64,000 nucleotides of DNA from Macrostomum hystrix (lineage: Eukaryota; Animalia; Platyhelminthes): the NCBI GenBank assembly GCA_950097015.1, contig CATNEN010000001.1:27280001-27344000 (forward strand), read 5' to 3'. Of this stretch, positions 39,679 to 52,349 are shown piece by piece. Position 1 is the stretch's first letter. Every line of letters begins with the position of its first letter. The notes beneath the pieces are model-generated. The model was given only the letters and a program-made list of their open reading frames with translations, did no database searches and had not been told where the DNA came from. The translations under genes were made by a program, and so were the position numbers.

Positions 39679-40419
39679 CTATCCATATTATCTATATTAT
39701 GCAGTTCAATCATTCTGATCATCTAAAACACGAGTCAACGTGTGACAAATAATTTTGATCTTAAAATGCATTGAATATTTCTGTTTCCTCTTTTATAAGT
39801 ACCAGGTTGTCCTACTTCTGAGTAGGATGTAGGCAAGTAGGTAGGCAAGAGTAGCAAGACAGTAGAAAATCAACTTTAATCTTAACAAATTCTGTTTATC
39901 CAGGAAAGTGTCTCATAAGTCAATAAACATTGTGGCTTTAAAATAAGTAATCATTAGATAGAACAGAGTTTGTGCTAACAAGCAGCTAGTCAGTAAAACA
40001 AACGCTGTCTGCTACACGGAAGAATGTCTAGATGAAAATGTCACAGCCAATCGCGTTTGCACTCTTAAGACATAAAACTGTGAGGACGACATGGTGGCCT
40101 GTGCGGTGCCTTAGCAACAGTATTTAATACTTAATAATATATTGCTTGCCTGTCTTACTGTCCTCTGTGGTTAATATCTGGGTTGACGCACTAACCAGCG
40201 TCAACTGGGAGGGAAGGGGGGAGGCGGTTAGAAGAGAGAGAAAAGTTACTTGAGCTCATATTCAATTGAACAAGTGAACTTGGCAGCAGACAATGACAGA
40301 AAAAATGAGGAAACTCTACGAAGCAGAATTTTTCTAGGAAACACAGGCTATGCCGATAGGTACTATATAGTAGTACAATTAGTTCGTTGGCGATCTTAAA
40401 GGAGGAGTTAAGTAGGATT

Positions 40420-40993
40420 GACCATCCATGAGGTTTAGGAATGGTAGAAGGACCAGAAGGACCATCCCTGAGGATTAGGAATGGTAGAAGGACCAGAAGG
40501 ACCATCCCCGAGGTTTAGGAATGGTAGAAGGACCAGAAGGACCATCTCTGAGGATTAGGAATGGTAGAAGTACCAGAAGGACCATCCCTGAGGTTTAGGA
40601 ATGGTAGAAGTACCAGAAGGACCATCCCTGAGGTTTAGGAATGGTAGAAGGACCAGAAGGACCATCCCTGAGGTTTAGGACTGGTAGAAGGACCAGAAGG
40701 ACCATCCCCGAGGATTAGGAATGGTAGAAGGACCAGAAGGACCATCCCTGAGGTTTAGGACTGGTAGAAGGACCAGAAGGACCATCCCCGAGGATTAGGA
40801 ATGGTAGAAGGACCAGAAGGACCATCCCTGAGGTTTAGGAATGGTAGAAGGACCAGAAGGACCATCCCTGAGGTTTAGGAATGGTAGAAGGACCAGAAGG
40901 ACCATCCCTGAGGTTTAGGAATGGTAGAAGGACCAGAAGGACCATCCCCGAGGATTAGGAATGGTAGAAGGACCAGAAGGACCATCCCTGAGG
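40420..40993. repeat. 40-bp minisatellite related to the 31-bp satellite
   Basis: ACCATCCCTGAGG[A/T]TTAGGAATGGTAGAAGGACCAGAAGG repeats. Confidence 0.95.
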
Positions 40994-43149
40994 ATGAGGA
41001 GTGGTATAGAGGTCTATCGGACAGTGGGGATTATGAGAACAGACAGAAAGTGCACCCGCAAACAATGAGATGCTTAAGTACAGAAAAGTACATCAGCAGA
41101 GCTTAGCTGTCTCGAAGTTCGCAATAAGAAACCCGTGACTAATGGACGCTTAGTCCGAGAATAAACTAGCGAGCAGCGAACTGGTTTAGCGAGTCACAGG
41201 AGCATGCGGGGGTGAGTGCGGTACAGACAGTACAGCAGCAGCAGCAGCAGCGGCACACCAATAACCAGCAAACAGGCCTCGGGTTGACACACACACACAC
41301 AAGTCCATGCAGCAGAATAGCGAAGAAGCAGTTTAGCAGAGAAGTGGGCGGGCAGTGACTATGGATAGGAAAGACTAGCTAATCTTCACTGCAGCCCTGA
41401 CTGTCTCTGTGTGCCTTCTGCCGCCCCTGTCCTATCGGGCTGTAGCCAGAGCTGCCCCAAGCCTGCCTCCACGGAGCGAGTGCTTAAACAGCAACTCGGG
41501 CTCGGCCCCTCTAACCTGCCCGCCCCAGCCACGTCTCCTTCCTCCTCTCTTTCTTCTCGGAACAGAAAACACTCGGGCAGAGCTGCACCATCCAGCACCC
41601 CAGTGAAATGCATGTATAATAATTATAGGCCACATGAGCGCATGAGTTAGCGAGTGTGTGTATATCAATACAGAAATTGGCCAGTGGATGGCGATGAGGC
41701 CATGGGATTTTATCCTCCCCTCCCCACAAAAACTCTCCCTCACCCCATTTTCTTCCGTTCTGCCTCTTTCCCTCCCTCCGCGTTCCTAGCGCCAGAAGAA
41801 GAGAGGGTCAGGGGGGATTTTTGTTGGATGGGGACCGGGGAAGAAAATTCACGATGGGAGATGGGAGACGAGTGCCGAGAGGGAAAATGGGAGAATTCCC
41901 TTACCCCGGGAAGGGGTCCATAGTTAGTCAGTGTGTGTGTGGAAAGCATTCAGCTGGCCCTCATTTCTAGATCGCATGGTCGCAACTTATCTCTCCAATG
42001 ATCCCATCGTCGTCACTGTTTCTCTTCCCAATCTCCCATTGCGCGCGGGAGACGAAAAAGGCAGGTAATGCGTCGCTCCAGGAAAACTAGCGAATCAATC
42101 TGGATTCAAATTTTTGTTCAACTGCGCTAATTCTTAGATCTTCATTTTCGAATGGGATTTCTGTCCGTAAATGATATGAGCTAACCACGGCTGGCAGAAA
42201 TAACGCACCGGACAGCCACTCTCGACATGGGAGTCACGCCAGCTGCTTGGGGTTTAGGGAACAGAGGCCAGATCGAATCCCCAACCACCGGGGGTGGGGA
42301 GGACACTTGAAGACAGAAACTGAGAGACCTGCCGTAGAAATTATCCCCTCGGTTGGCTGCAACTTCGGGAATGAATAAGACACGCGATCCCCAGTCTGTC
42401 GGCCTGACCTAAGCACATCCTCACTTGTTATGGAGAGGCAGAAAGACAGCCGGATTAAAGAGGGAGAACTGGGAGCGGGCAGAAAGGGGAGTCCAAGCAC
42501 ATGTCCTCTTTAACTACTAAAACCAAAGCCAATTCCAGGAAACAGGCAAGGAAAGACAGGCAGACAGAGAGGAATAAAATGCACTGGCCGAGAAGAAAAA
42601 ACTAATAGGACTGCCATGGCTTAAAAATGTATAAAACTACAAGGTGGGTGGCCGTTTTACAGCCCAGAGCGGCCTGTGAGTGGGTCTGAGGTGCCGCACA
42701 AAGGAATGCTACGGAGTGATACAGCATACGAAACGTTTCTCTATTTTAATCTGCGCCTTTAAGAAATCTAACCGGAATTAGCAAAGCTGGACTAAATGAA
42801 AGTTCATTTAACTTTCATGCAGCCGGCAATCGGGCCGTGTCTTTTCTACTGAAAGCCGCAATTGAAACACGCGAAAGAGATGAGGCGGCGGCAGCAGATA
42901 GTCTTCCACACAACCAGCCTCATGCATAGTGGCAAATTCTCATGAACTAAAACAAATTAAGTGTCAAGTGACTGCGCCACTCACTCTACGCACTTTCACT
43001 GGGGCCAGTATGAATCACGTGAATTCTTTAAGACGACAAAGCCGATAATTTTACTGTTTAAATTTGACGCCATGAGCGACTGTCAGGCCTCAAGAAAGTC
43101 CTGAGTGCATGATGCAAACCCGAAACTACATAGAGCAACCACAAACCTG

Positions 43150-44077
43150 ACCAAAAACTTCGATACCAGATCTAAAACTCCGATACCAGATCGAAAACTC
43201 CGATACCAGATCTAAATCTCCGATACCCGATCAAAAACTCCGATACCAGATCGAAAACTCCGATACCAGATCTAAATCTCCGATACCCGATCAAAAACTC
43301 CGATACCAGATCGAAAACTGCGATAACAGATCTAAATCTCCGATACCCGATCAAAAACTCCGATACCAGATCTAAAACTCCGATACCAGATCGAAAACTC
43401 CGATACCAGATCTAAATCTCCGATACCCGATCAAAAACTCCGATACCAGATCGAAAACTCCGATACCAGATCTAAATCTCCGATACCCGATCAAAAACTC
43501 CGATACCAGATCGAAAACTCCGATACCAGATCGAAAACTCCGATACCAGATCTAAATCTCCGATACCCGATCAAAAACTCCGATACCAGATCGAAAACTC
43601 CGATACCAGATCTAAATCTCCGATACCCGATCAAAAACTCCGATACCAGATCGAAAACTGCGATAACAGATCTAAATCTCCGATACCCGATCAAAAACTC
43701 CGATACCAGATCGAAAACTCCGATACCCGATCAAAAACTCCGATACCAGATCTAAATCTCCGATACCCGATCAAAAACTCCGATACCAGATCTAAATCTC
43801 CGATACCCGATCGAAAACTCCGATACCAGATCTAAATCTCCGATACCAGATCTAAATCTCCGATACCCGATCAAAAACTCCGATACCAGATCTAAATCTC
43901 CGATACCAGATCTAAATCTCCGATACCCGATAAAAAACTCCGATACCAGATCTAAAACTCCGATACCAGATCTAAATCTCCGATACCAGATCTAAATCTC
44001 CGATACCCGATCAAAAACTCCGATACCAGATCTAAATCTCCGATACCCGATCAAAAACTCCGATACCAGATCTAAAA
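43150..44077. repeat. 20-bp minisatellite (CGATACC[A/C]GATCNAAA[A/T]CTC)n
   Basis: 20-bp register with a 60-bp superperiod in part. Confidence 0.96.
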
Positions 44078-45149
44078 CGTCCATTACTAAATCCTTAAGT
44101 ACATTATGTGCTGAGCAGTGTTATCAGATGTTCAAATGTTCACGAGTATGTCATTTTATGCACAAAATCAAAATTAACAAAGTCTTGAACAAGATTCCAC
44201 AGTCATAGATTATATAGTTTTTAGATTTAAAGAATTTTTATAAAACGATGCCACATTCATAAACTAGAAGCAGTGCTATCTGAAATCGTACACATGTACA
44301 TGTACTAGATATACTCAATTCGTGTATGAGTGGGCTGTGATGACGTACAAGTTAAACAAATTTAATTTCGTTTTTTATTCCGTTGCTTTCGCAAGTTTAA
44401 TTTGCATTATTCGTAATTTTAACAAAGTTAATAATAAATAAATGATCAATTTGAAATAACAGCGAAGGAAAACGCCTTCAGAAGGTTCTCAAAACAGAAA
44501 AAAGAGAGTCAAGGGACCAGGGCACAGAACGACAGCATAACAATAGTAATTTTGAACAGGTAAATTCGCACAACACCTGGCCATGATTCTCATTAGCAAC
44601 CCGGGCAGTGCAGGCTGTCAGGACAAAATGGAGGACAAAAATGTGTCCAAAAAACTAATTTTAGCAGGTAAAAATAACTGATAACTTTGTACAAAAATAC
44701 CACTATATAATAATTGTTTCGCATGTTTGAACAGTCGAAGGGGGTGAAAAGAGAGCATTGGGAAGAAACGAAAAGCTATGTGGATGGAGACGCGAAAATC
44801 ATGATTATGTACACAAATGAAACTCTAATTTGGGATAAATTCCTATTGCCAATGCCTAGCTGTACAGAAACCAAAATAGCAATCGTAAGCATATGAGTTG
44901 TGAAAAACAACAATATTAAAAAAGTTGGTTCAAAAATTATTTTTGAGTGAGACGATAGTCAAAAAATTTTTTGGGGAATAAATCCCAAAGCAAAAAAAGT
45001 TTCATTGAGAAGCTTACATGCTTGCATTTTTTTATTCAAAATTTTCTACTTTACTGATTAAAAATATAATGTTAAAAAAACGATTCAGCAAGCTGGCAAG
45101 GCTTCCCTCGGAGAACTCAACAAGTCCGAGTTAATTGTGCTGGTTTAAG

Positions 45150-45416
45150 ATGTACATCGAGTTACATCACTTAGGGAATGTACATCGAGTGACGTCATTT
45201 AGGTATGTACGCCGAGTGACGTCGTATAGGGACTTATGACGAGTGGCGTCGTTTAGGGATGCACGTCGAGTGACGTCATTTAGGGATGCACATTGAGTGA
45301 CGTCATTTAGGGATGCACATTGAGTGACGTCATTTAGGGATGCACATTGAGTGACGTCATTTAGGGATGCACATTGAGTGACGTCATTTAGGGATGCACG
45401 TCGAGTGACGTCATTT
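45150..45416. repeat. 27-bp minisatellite containing TGACGTCA (CRE) palindromes
   Basis: GAGTGACGTCATTTAGGGATGCACATT; TGACGTCA at 45190, 45271, 45298, 45325, 45352, 45379, 45406. Confidence 0.92.
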
Positions 45417-46477
45417 TAGCCTTCTAGTAGGTTTAATATTAAAAAACAATTTTTATGACGCTATTTAGGAATCTTCATTAAGCACAGTCATATTTTAAGG
45501 CAAATCAGTGGACGTCCTTTTCGATCTACATCGACTGACGTCATATTGTGATGAGGCATTTAAGAGATTTAAATTGATCTTAATCTTGATTTGGTGTTTA
45601 AGTTTCGAGATCAAGGAAGCAATGACCAGCGAAAAAGAAAAAAAACACAGAAATTAGGTTAAAAAACGGTCGAGCACCCCAGAACGCACCTACAGTTTAA
45701 AGCTGTTAATAAAATCCCTAATCATTGGAAGCAGATATCGATCGATTGCAGCATTTCGAATAAAAATAAGATGAACTAAAAATATATCCCAAGTTTTGTA
45801 CAGAACTCATCAGATTTTTTAAAAGCGCCACAATGGACCCAAACAATCCATGGACACATGTGAAACAACAGGCAAGTGTGAATACAACGCTGTGCACTTA
45901 AAAAGTGCAATAAAGCGGTAGAAAGTGCATTAGCCAGACAAGGGAATAATTCCATTACTTATTAATTTGTCTTCACTAAAAATAATTATGCAGTCTATTA
46001 TATGATCAAACTCGCAACTGTGAGACAGTTGAAATAAAAAAATAAGTGCCACCAGTTCATTGACTTTAGGATTGATTTATTAACCTTAAAAATCAATAAA
46101 TAAAACAATAAAATCAAGAGTTAAAAGGCATGATAAAATAACGGACAGCAGAGAATAACAAATAAAAAACAATAGGAGCAGCTGTGACAACAGAACAAGA
46201 ATAGGATGGGTCGGATTCGTTGCTAATTGATCTCTCGATTGTGTCCTAACTGTTGATTAATAAAGCAATCTGCGAGAACAATGAGAAACACACAAATAGA
46301 CAGGCAGGAAAATACTATCTTAAAAATAAATATGAGACAAGCGAGACTTCTGCAGATGATTTTAGATTAGAAAAAAAGTAGAGCATTAGTCCAGTCAGTA
46401 ATTGCTTGATAACAAAATAAATGATCAATAAATAGAGAGCTACATAAAGATATTGTTTCCGAGGTGGCGGGTGAAAC

Positions 46478-48178
46478 TCACATGTCGATGCCACCTAGCA
46501 GGCTATCGGCTGTTGGATTATCCTCCAGCAGTGACAGAAGGTCGCCTATGGCCCCGGCGTCGCCCAACGGTTCCAGCGCGAGGTCGTCCAGGTCCGTCTT
46601 GATGCTTGCCGGGTCAGTGGTCGAGCAGCTGCTTGCGTTAGTAGAGTTTGTCGGCGGGTAGCTGCTACTGTATTGCTGCTGCTGCTGCTGCTGTGGCTGA
46701 GTCTGCTGTTGAAGCTGCTGAGACTGTGCGTGTTGCATTGGCTGTTGCTGCTGCTGCGGATTGTGCTGATAGGACCAGGGCGGATACTGGTGCTGCTGAT
46801 TTGGTTGTGGAGGCTGCTGCTGCTGCTGTTGCTGATAGGTGGGATTATAAGCGGGCCTTGTTGTAACAGCTGTTGGATAGATAGGCTGCTGCTGAGCACC
46901 TTGAGGATAAGCCGGTGCCGCAACGCTCGTGGGATAAGCTTGAGCTCCGTAGCCCATGCCCACACCATTGGCCAAGGGAGTAAACTGCTGCTGCTGCTGC
47001 TTGGCAGCAGACTGAGACGCCACTGGAACTGAGGGCTTGACACCAGCAGGCGATGCAGACCTGGCGTCAACAAGCTGCTGCTGCTGCTGCTGCAGGATCG
47101 GGCGCCACTTGCAGTCGCGATCCAACAGTAGTCGATCAGCCGGACAGGACCTGGTCTCCTCTAGCAGGCCGAAGATAAACTCGTCAATCTCCAAACCCCA
47201 CAGCAGGGCGGCCTTGTGGCAGACCGGGCAGCGCCAGGCGTTGGTCTCGGCGTTCAGTTCCAGGTAGGTGCGCAGATCGAAGCACTGCGCGTGATGGCAG
47301 TCGCTGCCGCGGGCCGGCAGGTCGATGCGCCGGCCACTGATTGGACAGCGGAGCATCAGGACGCACTGCTGCTGCTGCTGCTGCTGCTGGATTCGGCGAA
47401 GCTTCTCAACGCAGCTGTCCAGAGCCAGGCGCCGCTTGCGCCAGAGGCCCTGGAATATTGAGGCCACAGTGGGCCGGTGGACCAACTGCAGGAGGAACAT
47501 GTGGCTACAGCAGCAGGCTGAGAGGCCCATCTGAAGTTGGTTGGACTGTCCGGGCCCTGGATGCAACAACAGGTGCTTCAGGTGAACCGGGCGGCACTGG
47601 TGGGTGATGGCAACTGGGGCGCCGTTTACAGACACTGTCAGGCCGGGCGGCCAATTGCACGATGAGCCGGGAGCATCGACTAGGCAGGCCATGAACTGCA
47701 GCTCGAGGTCGGCCCGGCTCATCAGCGTCTTGTACACATCCGGCTTCAATTCGAATTGCTGCCTGAACACAGCCAGGCCGTGGTCGACACGGAACGGACC
47801 AAGAAGGGTGCCGGAGGGAACGCAGAAGTTCAGGCGGGAGGAGTGACAGTCCTCCGAGTCAGACTGCTGCTGCTGATGCTGATGGTACGGATGAGGCGCA
47901 GCTTGAGGAGGCGGTGGATAGTGCTGCTGGTAGTGCGGATAACCACCAGGGCTGCCACCATACCTGGAAGGCGGCATGCTGTACGGTGCTGGTCTTTGCT
48001 GCTGCTGCGACTGCGGCTGCTGTTGCAGGTGGTGCTGAGTTGTCATCTTGCCACCAGCTCCAATACTGGCACCTATGCCACCTCCGCCGCCTGTGTAAGG
48101 AGGGTTAGCATGCGACCAACCCTCCTTACCAACAGCGCACATTGAGGGTTGCTGAAGTTTCATTGGGTTGAAGTGCAT
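46478..48178 (-). CDS. ZMIZ1: Zinc finger MIZ domain-containing protein (ZMIZ1/2, tonalli-like), single coding exon, 566 aa
   Basis: LLGPFRVDHGLAV...VYKTLMSRADLELQF...NWP...SACCCSHMFLLQLVHRPTV (ZMIZ-conserved region) and SP-RING CPISGRRIDLPARGSDCHHAQCFDLRTYLELN...WRCPVC; acidic DLLSLLE-type C-terminus. Confidence 0.92.
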   Translation of the reverse strand: MHFNPMKLQQPSMCAVGKEGWSHANPPYTGGGGGIGASIGAGGKMTTQHHLQQQPQSQQQQRPAPYSMPPSRYGGSPGGYPHYQQHYPPPPQAAPHPYHQHQQQQSDSEDCHSSRLNFCVPSGTLLGPFRVDHGLAVFRQQFELKPDVYKTLMSRADLELQFMACLVDAPGSSCNWPPGLTVSVNGAPVAITHQCRPVHLKHLLLHPGPGQSNQLQMGLSACCCSHMFLLQLVHRPTVASIFQGLWRKRRLALDSCVEKLRRIQQQQQQQQCVLMLRCPISGRRIDLPARGSDCHHAQCFDLRTYLELNAETNAWRCPVCHKAALLWGLEIDEFIFGLLEETRSCPADRLLLDRDCKWRPILQQQQQQLVDARSASPAGVKPSVPVASQSAAKQQQQQFTPLANGVGMGYGAQAYPTSVAAPAYPQGAQQQPIYPTAVTTRPAYNPTYQQQQQQQPPQPNQQHQYPPWSYQHNPQQQQQPMQHAQSQQLQQQTQPQQQQQQQYSSSYPPTNSTNASSCSTTDPASIKTDLDDLALEPLGDAGAIGDLLSLLEDNPTADSLLGGIDM

Positions 48179-48527
48179 TGAAGGGAAAATTCACTGATAG
48201 TACTAGACTAGACTAATAGGTCTATATCTATAAACATATCAATAAACCCATTTTAATACATATACAATATACAATTTAAAAATGTTTGATAAAAGTAAGT
48301 AAAAAAAGCAGACATTAAAATATAGGATAACAAATAAGTTGAGTTTATTTTTCTTCTTCTCATTAAAAAACAGTCAGAAAATAAGTTTGTAATTAGGCTA
48401 GGTCTGTTATTTTGTCAATTCTCCTAAATATTGATACAAAAAATCAATAACATTGGGCTATAATAATCTAATTTATTTTTATGTACATATGTTGGCCATT
48501 GTATATAAATGTTAGCCTAGAGGTAGA

Positions 48528-48835
48528 GGTTGTAGCCTAGTGGTTAGGGCGTCGGACTCACGACTTGAAGGTCGGGGGTTCGATTCCCGACTCCACTGGA
48601 ACAATTTGCGTCCTTTAGCAAGACACTTAACTCTGCATTTGTTCAGTTCACCCAGCTGTTAAATGGGTACCAGCATCAGCTGGGATAATTGAAGGTGGAT
48701 GTGGCGTCCCCCCAGTCCGTGGACTGAACAGCTGTATGCAGCCTTCAGATGCGCCGCGCATTAGCTGCGGCTGTGCTGTTGGCTGCACATCTGACCCAAT
48801 TGGGGCAGGTGTAATCAATTAAATTATTACAATTA
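48528..48835 (+). mobile_element. Full-length tRNA-derived SINE family A with CORE (MIR-like) domain
   Basis: A box 48533-48543, B box 48577-48587, CORE-like CCTTTAGCAAGACACTTAACTCTGC...CAGTTCACCCAGCTGTTAAATGGG 48612-48667, 3' hairpin ACATCTGACCCAATTGGGGCAGGTGT, AT tail; flanking direct repeat TGGCCATTGTATAT at 48493-48506 and 48836-48849. Confidence 0.92.
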
Positions 48836-51800
48836 TGGCCATTGTATATTAATATAGATATTCTTAGGTAAGTTTTTATGGTCTCAATAGATTACAATAT
48901 ATTGATAATAAATTCACATTACTGCTGAGCTTTGAGATTAAAACACACAATATCATGGGAGGATACTGATTACAAACTTGCAAGAGCAAGAACAGTATAC
49001 AATGTGTGGAGGTTACAGTCAGTTAATTCACCAAAGCATGTATGTATGGAAAGGACATGGCACTATGCTAGGAGCCTATGTGCAGTATAAAACTGTTGAA
49101 ATTCCATTATTTAGCAGACTAGTGGAGTTGTTAAGAGACCCTATTGTACCATAGTTGCATCTAGCTTATTAAAGTACTGAATGTCTAAGAAGATTCAAGA
49201 GCAATTTCTACAAAGTGGAGTACATTGGTAAGCCTTTTTGTGATTAATTTTAAGAGTCTAGATTGGTGTTTGTGTTGGAAAGTGTCAATAATAATGTTAG
49301 TAATGGTAGTTTTAGTATTAATCTATTTACTTCACCACTTTCAGAAAAAACTAATATAGCTCAGAATTGTGAGTACAAAAATAGTAGCCTCCATATAAGC
49401 TTCAGACAAGCTATCCCATTATAGATATCATTTGGGGAATAGCATTCAATTCTAAACTACAGACTTAATATCTTAATAAATTGAATCTATCAAAACTAGA
49501 TAATGAATGAGGACACACTATATTTAGGTAGATAAAGTTTATGCTTGTTCAATTGCAGTGACAATTCAATGTTAATAACAGAGATAATAACAACTTTTAT
49601 ATAGTTCTTCTATTTAGTTTAATACTAGCTATACAACAAAAAACTGCTATCTAATTATTACTAGTTTTTTTCATTTTGATAATTTTTTATTAAAGAAAGT
49701 TATTGACCTAACTTAACTTTTAATCCCTATTGGAATAAATTGATTTTTATGGACTGCATCTGAAACACTTTCGCCAATTGTCATTGCACAAAGTATACAT
49801 ATTACACCATGTGCCATGATGTACCCACTAGGTCAGGATACAAGAACTTGACCTATCACATGCTGCACATATAGTGGCCAGGGCATTCCTATGCAAGGAT
49901 ATAAAGAATGTAACTAGAGGAAGTCAACAGCAAAATGGGGAATTTACCAAACTGTAAGCAAAACTGAACATGGATTTAAATGTAACCATAGGATTTGAAG
50001 ATGTCATTTCACCTTTTGATTTGAAACTACCTGTGATGCACCATCTAGGCCTATCCCAACTTATGATTACTAAAGGTAAAAAAATGTAAGTAAAACAGCT
50101 ATAGGGGGGCCTATATTGCAGAATACTTTTACCAAACAAAATCATATTAGACAAAAAACGATATAGTCTACAATTAACTATATTTCATGGCACAATAGCC
50201 ATGGTGCATATTATAAAGGACAAGCAATTTTTTTCAATTTGGAGTCTGTTGGTAAAAAAAAAAAATTAAATGACATCAACAAACTAGCTGATTTTTTTTA
50301 GTTCTTTGACAATAAAGCAGAAGTTCTAAATTAGTTAAATTAGCAAACAAAACTTAATGTAACCACAGTTCACATTAGAAGAGATGAATGTTCAGAATCA
50401 GATTTCTGCTAGCTGTTAGTGTGTACTGTAGTTTTGTGCTAGATCTATGAAGACCAATGGCAATAGGTCAATAGAATATGTTTTATTTAAGACTAAGTTA
50501 TATGAAAATATTTCATACAATAGTTTGAAGTGTCACATAATATCATATTCTGAATTACTGAATAGGCCCTGAATCTGAATGTATATGCAGTGGGAATAAA
50601 TTGTAGTAATTCCTCTAATAATAAAGAGCAAAGAAAGCATATAAAAATACTAAATTCGTCTCGATGAAGCATTCTTCGTGTTCACAAAGAGAAAATTTTA
50701 ATTTATAAAGCAGTACGGTTTTGACTTGTTGTGTCTTGAGTCGACGTTAGTTACAAAGAAAGAAAGTCGACACTCGAAATAAAAAAATCGAGCCGTTTAA
50801 ATTTTTGGCTGCAAAGAGGAACAAATGTATTTAGATGTCATAAACGTTTGTCAAAGGATTGTAGATTCTACGTGCCGAACCTAAATTGAAGACAATACGC
50901 TTACAGTTTTTTGCTTGCCTTACAATTTTTTATGATAAGTAAAACTGATGTTACACTTTTTACAAACATGTTATAAAATTCCAAGAAACTGTCGAAAACC
51001 GGTTTGGACGAGTTGCGGCACAATACTCGTCACACATATTATACATCATTGTTATTCTTTTACACTATGCATTGATAGTGTACACTATATACTAGGCCTA
51101 TACTTTGAAGCAAAAGCCTTATGCTCAGAGAAGAATATGTAGGGACTTGAAAGTAGACCTATTCATACAAGCTGCCGTGTGGATAGGCAGAAAATTATCG
51201 GCACGGATCCGTGTGGATAAAATTGAAATTATCGGCACGGGACCGTGGGAATAAGCACTTCCTATTTGTTAACATTATAAAAAAATATGTTTTTTGGCAG
51301 TAGATTTTTTTAGTCTGACCACATTAACTGAACTAACTTTAAAACAAGCTTTTAACTTTGTTTCTTTTTTTAGGTGTAGTCGTAGCTGGTTGATCTAATT
51401 TCATCTATAAAGAAATTATTAATTTTGCACTGCTACCTAGCCTGCCATGGCCAGACAATATGAATTCAGTGTACTGTGGTCATATTTGCTAGATATATAT
51501 TTTAGGATTTAGGTTTATGAGTAAATTTGTAGTGCTGAAAATCAAGACAAGCTTGAAGTAGTAGATAGGTAAGTATTATTGCATTTATTTCATCCCAATA
51601 ATAATAAATATATAACAATAACAATAATAAATAAACAACCAAACTCCATTTTAATTGTAAAATTTTATGCCCTTTAAATACCTGGCCATAAATCCTAGTA
51701 TGACTCCATGTATAATATAGAGTCATGGGAGTTCCAGACTTATATACTGTCTGCCATGTCCATAAGCGGGACACAAGTCTATATTTTGAACCTGGCAGCC

Positions 51801-52349
51801 ATGTTCATATTTTGCACCTTATGGGCAGGACAGCCATGCCCCTAAGTGTTGCATAGTTATTAATGCTTTACCTAACTTAGTTTCTTTCACAAAACTCAAG
51901 CCAAAATATTGCACTATTAAACGATTTTTTGACTCCTCAAATTTCATTATGAGCACTGCCATTCCTATGGGTTAGGCATTGGAAAATCATTTTAAAGTGT
52001 GGTATTTTAACCAGGAAAGTTAGATTTATTTTTCAGTTTTGCCCTTACAATTAAAATTTTAGCATATCTCGCTTATTTAATACTCATATTATAATGTAAA
52101 CCTTACTTATATTGTATGGTACATTATTTGGCATCAATTTTTTGTTTTTCATGTTAAAAATTTTTAAACCAACTTAGAAACAAACTTTTATCTTTGTTTC
52201 TTCTTTAAGGTTGACTATAGCAATAAAGAAATGAATATTATTGCCACACTGCTGCCTGTTACAAAGCAATTTCAACAGCAAGTCCAATAAATAGTTTAAG
52301 AAGCTTGCAGCAGTTGTTTTAGAAATTGCAGATAGATTTGGTAAAAGAA

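Noticed and set aside
35395-39722. 1411-, 949-, 639- and 608-aa ORFs
   Set aside because: Open in all three minus frames because the 31-bp monomer lacks stops on that strand; satellite artefact running into a SINE
35607-44077. CRISPR-like appearance of 31-40 bp repeats
   Set aside because: Head-to-tail repeats with no unique spacers, no cas genes, eukaryotic context
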